The notes under the pieces were generated by a model. It saw only the letters and a program-made list of their open reading frames with translations. It was not told the DNA's origin and made no database searches. 64,000 nucleotides of DNA, taken from NCBI GenBank assembly GCA_963708025.1, contig CAVPSB010000014.1:352001-416000 (forward strand). Reading direction: 5' to 3'. The stretch is from an uncultured Candidatus Rokubacteria bacterium (GTDB taxonomy: Bacteria; Methylomirabilota; Methylomirabilia; Rokubacteriales; DASRDR01). Shown one piece after another: positions 58,508 through 64,000 of the stretch (positions are counted from its first letter, which is position 1; every line of letters starts with the position of its first letter). Position numbers and translations under genes: made by a program.

Positions 58508-59347
58508 TCAGGCCCGCCCGCGCGGGTCGAGCCAGTCCCGGAGGCCGTCGCCGAGCAGGTTGAAGCCGAGGACGGCCAGCATGATGGCGAGCCCCGGGAA
58601 GATGGCCATGTGGGGCGCCAGCTCCAGGGCCTGGCGGCCCTCGTTGAGCATGGTGCCCCACGAGGGCGCGGGAGGCTGCGCCGACAGCCCCAGGAAGGAT
58701 AGCGACGCCTCGGTGAGCACCGCCCAGGAGAGCGCGATGCTCGTCTGGACCACCAGCACCGAGGTGAGGTTCGGCACGATGTGGCGGCCGACGATGAGCG
58801 CGGCGCCGGCGCCGAGGGCGCGGGCCGCCTCGACGAACTCCCGCTCCTTCAGCGCCAGCACGGGCCCCCGGACCACGCGGGCGAAGATCGGCGTGTAGAC
58901 CACCGCGATCGCGGTGACGACGTTGTTCGGGCTGGGGCCGAGCGCGGCGACGATGCCGAGGGCGAGCAGGATCGCCGGGAACGAGAAGAACACGTCCATG
59001 ACGCGCATGAGGAGCTGGTCCGTCCGTCCCCCCGCGTAGCCGGCGGTGAGTCCGAGCACGAGACCGGCCGCGAGCGCCAGGGCGACCGAGGCGCCGGCCA
59101 CCCGGAGGGACAGCCGGGCGCCGTGGACCGTCCGGCTCAGCAGGTCCCGGCCGAAGCCGTCGGCGCCGAACGGCATCGTCCAGCTCGGCCCGGCCATCCG
59201 GTGGGGACCCATCACGAGAGGACTCCGGAGCGGCAGCCAGTCGGCGGCGGCGGCGAGCAGGACGAAGGCGCCGACGATCACGACCCCCAGCCGGGCCGCG
59301 GTGTTGCGCGGCCTACTGGAACCGGATGCGAGGGTCGAGCCAGCCAT
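58508..59347 (-). CDS. Dpp/Opp-type ABC permease (DppC-like)
   Basis: GADGFGRD, EFVEAARALG, SFLGL..PSWG and NLLGDGLRD motifs. Confidence 0.92.
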   Translation of the reverse strand: MAGSTLASGSSRPRNTAARLGVVIVGAFVLLAAAADWLPLRSPLVMGPHRMAGPSWTMPFGADGFGRDLLSRTVHGARLSLRVAGASVALALAAGLVLGLTAGYAGGRTDQLLMRVMDVFFSFPAILLALGIVAALGPSPNNVVTAIAVVYTPIFARVVRGPVLALKEREFVEAARALGAGAALIVGRHIVPNLTSVLVVQTSIALSWAVLTEASLSFLGLSAQPPAPSWGTMLNEGRQALELAPHMAIFPGLAIMLAVLGFNLLGDGLRDWLDPRGRA

Positions 59348-60266
59348 AGACGAGGTTGACGAGCGTGTTCACGCTGACGAACAGGACTGCCACCACGAGC
59401 ACCGCGCCCTGCACCAGCGCGTAGTCCCGCTGGTGGATCGCGTTCAGCAGCATCCGCCCCACGCCGGGCACCGAGAAGATCTCCTCCACCACCACCGCCC
59501 CGCTCAGGAGGTAGCCGACCTGGATGCCGAGGATCGTCACCACGACGATCAGGCTGTTCTTCAGCGCGTGGCGGTTGACGACGGCGGCCGCCGAGAGCCC
59601 CTTGGCCCGGGCCGTCCGGATGTAGTCGGCGCCGAGGACGTCGAGCATCGCCGAGCGCGTGGTCCGCATGACCACGGCGGCCATCGCCACCCCCAGGGTG
59701 ATGGCGGGGAAGACGAGGAAGCGCAGGTTGGCGCCGGGATCCTGGCCCAGCCCGACGTAGCCCCCCGTGTTCGGCATCCAGCGGAGGTAGCGCGCGAAGA
59801 GGAGGACGAAGAGCGTGCCCAGCCAGAAGTTGGGCAGCGACAGCCCCAGGAGCCCGAAGGTCCGGGCCCCGAGGTCCAGCGGCGTGTTCGGCCGGAGCGC
59901 GGAGGCGAGGCCGAGCGGGAGGCCGACCAGGAGCGCGATCACGGCGGCCGCCACCGCCAGCTCGGCGGTGGCCGGGAGCCGGGCCGCGATCTCGGTCACC
60001 ACCGGCTGGCCGGTGCGGATGGAGTAGCCGGCGTCCCCGCGGAGGAGCGAGCCGAGCCAGGTCAGGTACTGGACGTGGAGGGGCTGGTCGAGCCCGAAGT
60101 AGGCGCGCAGCTCGGCGAGCTGCTCGGCGCTGAGCACGGTGGAGGTCCCGAGGCGCACGGCGATGGCATCGCCGGGGATGAGGCGCAGGAACAGGAAGGT
60201 GAGGACGGAAACCCCGAGCAGGGTCGGGGGCAGGCTCAGCAGCCGCTTCGCGAGATACCGACCCAG
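59313..60266 (-). CDS. Dpp/Opp-type ABC permease (DppB-like), probable CTG start
   Basis: LGRYLAKRLL..IPGD N-terminus lies in frame above the called GTG; PNFWLG, RTARAKGL and LDPRIR motifs. Confidence 0.9.
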   Translation of the reverse strand: MGRYLAKRLLSLPPTLLGVSVLTFLFLRLIPGDAIAVRLGTSTVLSAEQLAELRAYFGLDQPLHVQYLTWLGSLLRGDAGYSIRTGQPVVTEIAARLPATAELAVAAAVIALLVGLPLGLASALRPNTPLDLGARTFGLLGLSLPNFWLGTLFVLLFARYLRWMPNTGGYVGLGQDPGANLRFLVFPAITLGVAMAAVVMRTTRSAMLDVLGADYIRTARAKGLSAAAVVNRHALKNSLIVVVTILGIQVGYLLSGAVVVEEIFSVPGVGRMLLNAIHQRDYALVQGAVLVVAVLFVSVNTLVNLVYGWLDPRIRFQ

Positions 60267-60330
60267 GCTATCAGGCCCCGCCTACGGCTGGTCCAACCGT
60301 CCTGTGCGCATCGTGCGGGGTGCTCCGCAC

Positions 60331-61887
60331 CTACTTGTCGAGCCAGGTCTGGCGCAGATAGAGGATCGACCCGTTGGGCAGGTGGACGAAGCCCTTCGTG
60401 GTCGGCAGGAGCCCGACGTAGTCGCGCCCGACGTACAGCCAGACGAAGGGGACGCCGTTGACCAGCTCCTTCTGGGCGACCGCGTAGAGCTCCTTGCGCC
60501 GGGCGGGGTCGGTGAGCGTGCGCGCCCGCTTGATGGCGTCGCTGGCGGCCTCGCTCTGGAAGGAGTGGACGAAGTTCAGGTTGCCGTCGTTGGTGAAGTA
60601 GCGGAAGAGGTAGAAGTCCGGATCGGGCTGGCCCGAGTTGAGCCCGGGGGCCATGTCGAAGTCCGCCTTGAGCCACCGCTGCACCCACTGGCCGAACTCC
60701 AGCAGCTCGATGTTCACCTTGATGCCGGCCTCGCCGAGCTGCTGCTGGACGATCTGGGCGATGTCCCGCGCGTAGACCGGCTCGGTGGTCTGGGTCAGGA
60801 TCGTCAGCTCGACGGCGCCGACCCCGGCCTCCTGCAGCAGCCGGCGGGCCCGCGCCACGTCCCGGGTGTAGAGCGGGTACTCGGCGGTCGGCAGCGCGTA
60901 GAGCGTGAGGGCCGGCGGGAGCGGCCCGGTCGGGTCGCCCGCGCCGAGCGCGATGGTGTCGATGATCTGCTTCCGGTCGATCGCCGAGGCGATGGCCTGG
61001 CGGACCTTCGGGTTGTCGAGCGGCTTGCGCTTGGTGTTGAGGAAGAGGAGGTGGTAGTTGAGGCTCGGCTTGGCGCTGACGGTGACCCCGGCCTCGCGCC
61101 CCAGCGTCTGGGCGACGCGGGCGTCCGCGATGAGCGCCAGGTCGGCGGCCTTGGTCCGGAGGGCGGCGGTGATGCCGGCCTCGTCCGGCACGATGTTGAT
61201 CCGCACGCCGTCCAGGTAGGGCTGCCCCTGGACGTAGAAGTCGCGGAAGGCCTCGAAGCGCATGAAGTTGTCGGGGACCCACTCGGCCAGCCGGAACGGG
61301 CCGGTGCCGATCGCGTGCTCCTTCTTGGAGAGGTCGTCGCCGGCGGCGCGGGCGACCTTCTCCGAGACGATGCTGGTGTTGGGGTGGGCCATGTAGATCA
61401 GGAGCGCCACGTTGGGCTGCTTCAGGTGGAGGACCACCGTCCGCGGGTCGGGCGCCTCCACCCGGTCCACGTCGGTGAAGAACGCGCGGGCCACCGCCTT
61501 GGTGTTGGCGTTGAGGATCCGCTCGTAGGTGAACTTGACGTCGGCGCCGGTGAGCGGGTCGCCGTTGTGGAACTTCGCCGCGCGGAGCCGGAGCGTGATC
61601 TGGCGGCCGTCGGGAGCGATCGTCCAGGACTCGGCGAGATCCGGCTGCACGGCGAGGTCGGGCCCGAGCCGGGTGAGCGTGGAGTACACGAGCTCGAAGA
61701 CCCGGTGGCTGGTGAAGGCCGGCACCTTGTGGGGGTCGAGGTTCGTCGCCTCGCCCTGGCGCGCGAGGACCAGGGTGCCGCCCCGCTTGCCCGGCGCCTG
61801 GGCGAGGGCGCCGTCCGGGGACCCGGCGGCGAGGGCGACGGCGAGCAGGCTGACGAGGGCCAGGAGACGGGGCAGGGGCTGGGTCAT
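60331..61887 (-). CDS. Dpp/Opp-type ABC transporter substrate-binding protein
   Basis: LDPH, DLAESW, KFHNG, IGTGPF and KVRQAI motifs; GGGAGG RBS. Confidence 0.92.
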   Translation of the reverse strand: MTQPLPRLLALVSLLAVALAAGSPDGALAQAPGKRGGTLVLARQGEATNLDPHKVPAFTSHRVFELVYSTLTRLGPDLAVQPDLAESWTIAPDGRQITLRLRAAKFHNGDPLTGADVKFTYERILNANTKAVARAFFTDVDRVEAPDPRTVVLHLKQPNVALLIYMAHPNTSIVSEKVARAAGDDLSKKEHAIGTGPFRLAEWVPDNFMRFEAFRDFYVQGQPYLDGVRINIVPDEAGITAALRTKAADLALIADARVAQTLGREAGVTVSAKPSLNYHLLFLNTKRKPLDNPKVRQAIASAIDRKQIIDTIALGAGDPTGPLPPALTLYALPTAEYPLYTRDVARARRLLQEAGVGAVELTILTQTTEPVYARDIAQIVQQQLGEAGIKVNIELLEFGQWVQRWLKADFDMAPGLNSGQPDPDFYLFRYFTNDGNLNFVHSFQSEAASDAIKRARTLTDPARRKELYAVAQKELVNGVPFVWLYVGRDYVGLLPTTKGFVHLPNGSILYLRQTWLDK

Positions 61888-61938
61888 CACGATGTCCTCC
61901 CGCGCGGGATTCTGAGGGAAGAGATGCTCCCCTGTCAA

Positions 61939-62005
61939 TTTGGAACCTCCCGCCTACCCCCCAGCCCCCCTCCCCCACCCACCGGGGGGAGGGGGGTGCC
62001 GGAGA
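61939..62005. repeat. Family A palindromic element, copy 7
   Basis: TTTGGAACCTCCCGCCTACCCCCCAGCCCCCCTCCCCACCCACCGGGGGGAGGGGGGTGCCGGAG. Confidence 0.85.
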
Positions 62006-62012
62006 GACGGGT

Positions 62013-62321
62013 TCATTCACTTGCCTTCAGCTCGACGACGAGGCCGTCGCCCCAGCCGTGCTTCCGGGTGGACAGGTCCTGGACCGTCGCGCTGAGGGCG
62101 GGCTCCGCCGCCGCGTCCACGACCCGGGCGCGGCCGGTGAAGGTGGCGTCCCCGACGCGCCACCGGACCCGGGGATCGGCGAGGATGTTCCGGACCCAGT
62201 GGGTCCGCTCCCGGTGCTCGGCCACCAGGTAGTAAGCCCCCGCGTGCTCGGTGAACCAGATCTCGACCTCGCGCGGCTGGCCGCTCCGCCGGCCGGTGGT
62301 GGTGAGATAGAGGTAGCTCAC
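62013..62321 (-). CDS. Deazaflavin(F420)-dependent nitroreductase/DDN-like split-barrel protein
   Basis: LTTTGRRSGQPR and WVRNILADPRV; GTGA overlap with the upstream gene. Confidence 0.85.
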   Translation of the reverse strand: MSYLYLTTTGRRSGQPREVEIWFTEHAGAYYLVAEHRERTHWVRNILADPRVRWRVGDATFTGRARVVDAAAEPALSATVQDLSTRKHGWGDGLVVELKASE

Positions 62322-63349
62322 GGCTCGGGTCTGCCGGACTCCGGCGCGGGAAGCCGCTCGAGCGCCTGGCCGGCGTGGGCCGGGTCTCCGGCCTGGTCGG
62401 ACTCGCGCTCGCCCGCCACGACACCGGGGGGAGCGCCGAAGACGTCCAGCTCCGTCAGGACGCCGTAGTGGTCGGACGGCCAGAGCACCGCCCCGTCCTC
62501 GAGCCGGCCGGGCGCGTCCAGGACCACCCGGCTGGCGACGACCCTGCCGGGCACCTCGCGGCCGGGAAGCACGAAGGCGTAGTCCACACGGGCGAACACC
62601 GTGGGCGCCGGCGCGCGCACGCGCTGCCACACCGTCAGGCCGGGAGCCGCAGGGTTCGCGACCCGGAAGGTGTCGATGAAGCCCGCCGCGAGCAGCCGGC
62701 GGATGGCCGGCGAGTCCTCGCGGCTGTTGAAGTCGCCCATCAGCACCAGGGGCAGCGCGCCGCGCCGGGCCTGCATCAGCTCGATGACGCGCTCCACCTC
62801 GCAGAAGCCCCGGGAGGTGTGGGTCGAGGCGACGCCCAGCTCGCCCCAGGGCGTGCGGACGCGGGCGTAGACGAGGGCGCGGGGGTCGGCGAAGCCGTTG
62901 CACCGGGGCAGGCCGTGGGCGTCCCAGTCCACGACCGGGAAGCGGCTCAGGATGGCCGGGCCTTCCTCGAAGTTCAGCAGCCAGCTCACCTGACGGTTGA
63001 TGAGCTGGAAGGGAAACAGCCGGAACAGCGCCGGCGTGTAGACGTGGTGCAGGCCGAGCGCCCGGCCCAGCCGCTCGGCGACGTTGCCCCGGCCGCGCGT
63101 CACCGACGCCTCCTGGACGCCCACGAAGTCCGGATCGAGGCGGCGCAGCTCCTCGACCGCGAGCCGGAAGCGCGCCTCCAGGTCCTCGCCGTTGCCGCTC
63201 CAGCCGGAGAGGACGCCACCGTGCAGGATGTTGTAGCTGAGGTACTTGAGCGTCGGCGCCGGCTGGGCCATGGTCTCGGTCACCCCCGGCCCCGCCTCCA
63301 ACGCAACGGCCACCGCCAGGAGGAGCGCCGAGCGGGCAACCCGGGTCAT
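62318..63349 (-). CDS. Secreted endonuclease/exonuclease/phosphatase (EEP) family protein
   Basis: SYNI, VQE, ILSRFP, STH, GDFN, RVDY and SDH motifs. Confidence 0.87.
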   Translation of the reverse strand: MTRVARSALLLAVAVALEAGPGVTETMAQPAPTLKYLSYNILHGGVLSGWSGNGEDLEARFRLAVEELRRLDPDFVGVQEASVTRGRGNVAERLGRALGLHHVYTPALFRLFPFQLINRQVSWLLNFEEGPAILSRFPVVDWDAHGLPRCNGFADPRALVYARVRTPWGELGVASTHTSRGFCEVERVIELMQARRGALPLVLMGDFNSREDSPAIRRLLAAGFIDTFRVANPAAPGLTVWQRVRAPAPTVFARVDYAFVLPGREVPGRVVASRVVLDAPGRLEDGAVLWPSDHYGVLTELDVFGAPPGVVAGERESDQAGDPAHAGQALERLPAPESGRPEP

Positions 63350-63392
63350 CGCCCATCAATGTACAATGGGTCCGTCGAGGAGCGCAGCCAGC

Positions 63393-63743
63393 GTGGAGAG
63401 CAGTCCGATCGAGATCCGCCGGGTCGAGGGGCGCGAGGTGCACATCACCTGGGCCGACGGGCACCGGTCCGTCTACGGCAACAAGCAGCTCCGGGAAGCC
63501 TGTCCCTGCGCCGGGTGCGTCGACGAGCTCAGCGGGAAGCGGACGCTGGACCCGAGGTCCGTCCGGCCCGACATCCGTGCCGACGACATCGGCCTGGTCG
63601 GCCGCTACGCCGTCCGGTTCGGGTGGAGCGACGGCCACGGGACCGGGATCTACACCTTCCAGAAGCTGCGGGCGGGCTGCCCCTGCGAGGCCTGTCAAGG
63701 GGGGCCGGTGGGCGCCGGCGAGAGTCTCGATGAGCGCCGCTGA
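63393..63743 (+). CDS. DUF971 / GBBH-like N-terminal domain protein
   Basis: [31 protein letters not shown], and a second CPCEAC. Confidence 0.85.
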   Translation: MESSPIEIRRVEGREVHITWADGHRSVYGNKQLREACPCAGCVDELSGKRTLDPRSVRPDIRADDIGLVGRYAVRFGWSDGHGTGIYTFQKLRAGCPCEACQGGPVGAGESLDERR

Positions 63744-64000
63744 TCGCCGCCCGCCGCGCGACACCCTGGGGCGGCCGCTCCGCAACTTGCGGGTGTCCGT
63801 CACCGACCGGTGCAACCTGCGCTGCCAGTACTGCATGCCGGAAGAGGACTACGAGTGGCTGCCCCGTCAGGACCTCCTCACCTTCGAGGAGATGCGTGAG
63901 CTGGTCGGGATCTTCACCGGGCTGGGCGTGGACAAGGTCCGCCTGACCGGAGGCGAGCCCCTGCTCCGCCGCGACCTTCCGGCGCTGGTCCGGATGCTGG
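63730..64000 (+). CDS. moaA: GTP 3',8-cyclase MoaA (5' part)
   Basis: Manual translation ..[45 protein letters not shown]. Confidence 0.95.
   Translation, partial: MSAADRRPPRDTLGRPLRNLRVSVTDRCNLRCQYCMPEEDYEWLPRQDLLTFEEMRELVGIFTGLGVDKVRLTGGEPLLRRDLPALVRML

Overview
Very GC-rich bacterial chromosome segment. Gene content and repeat style resemble Candidatus Rokubacteria/Methylomirabilota (inference, not tested). It is mostly transport and catabolism: PotA/PotD-type, two Dpp-type, polar amino acid and FtsX/AttH-type ABC systems, TRAP, MFS and Kef transporters, LLM, AOR, an HpbA/DgcA-type flavoenzyme, a PhnY-like dioxygenase, a MetE-II protein, ilvE, prs and the start of moaA. An accessory block at about 38.7-51.6 kb holds toxin-antitoxin modules, a metacaspase remnant, two STAND NTPases and gene debris. 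No rRNA, tRNA, CRISPR array or transposase was seen. Several genes carry 1-2 nt frameshifts that look like long-read indel errors. Most notable: (1) a SARP/BTAD-STAND regulator facing four helically phased TTGAYG boxes that precede a duplicated uncharacterised microprotein and a secreted beta-helix protein; (2) a UbiU/UbiV-like U32 pair with a Cys-to-Glu change at a cluster ligand and no ubi genes nearby; (3) a prs gene behind an attC-like site; (4) a modular intergenic G/C-tract palindrome family with a nested, tandemly expanding 19-mer; (5) repeated leaderless-type promoters.
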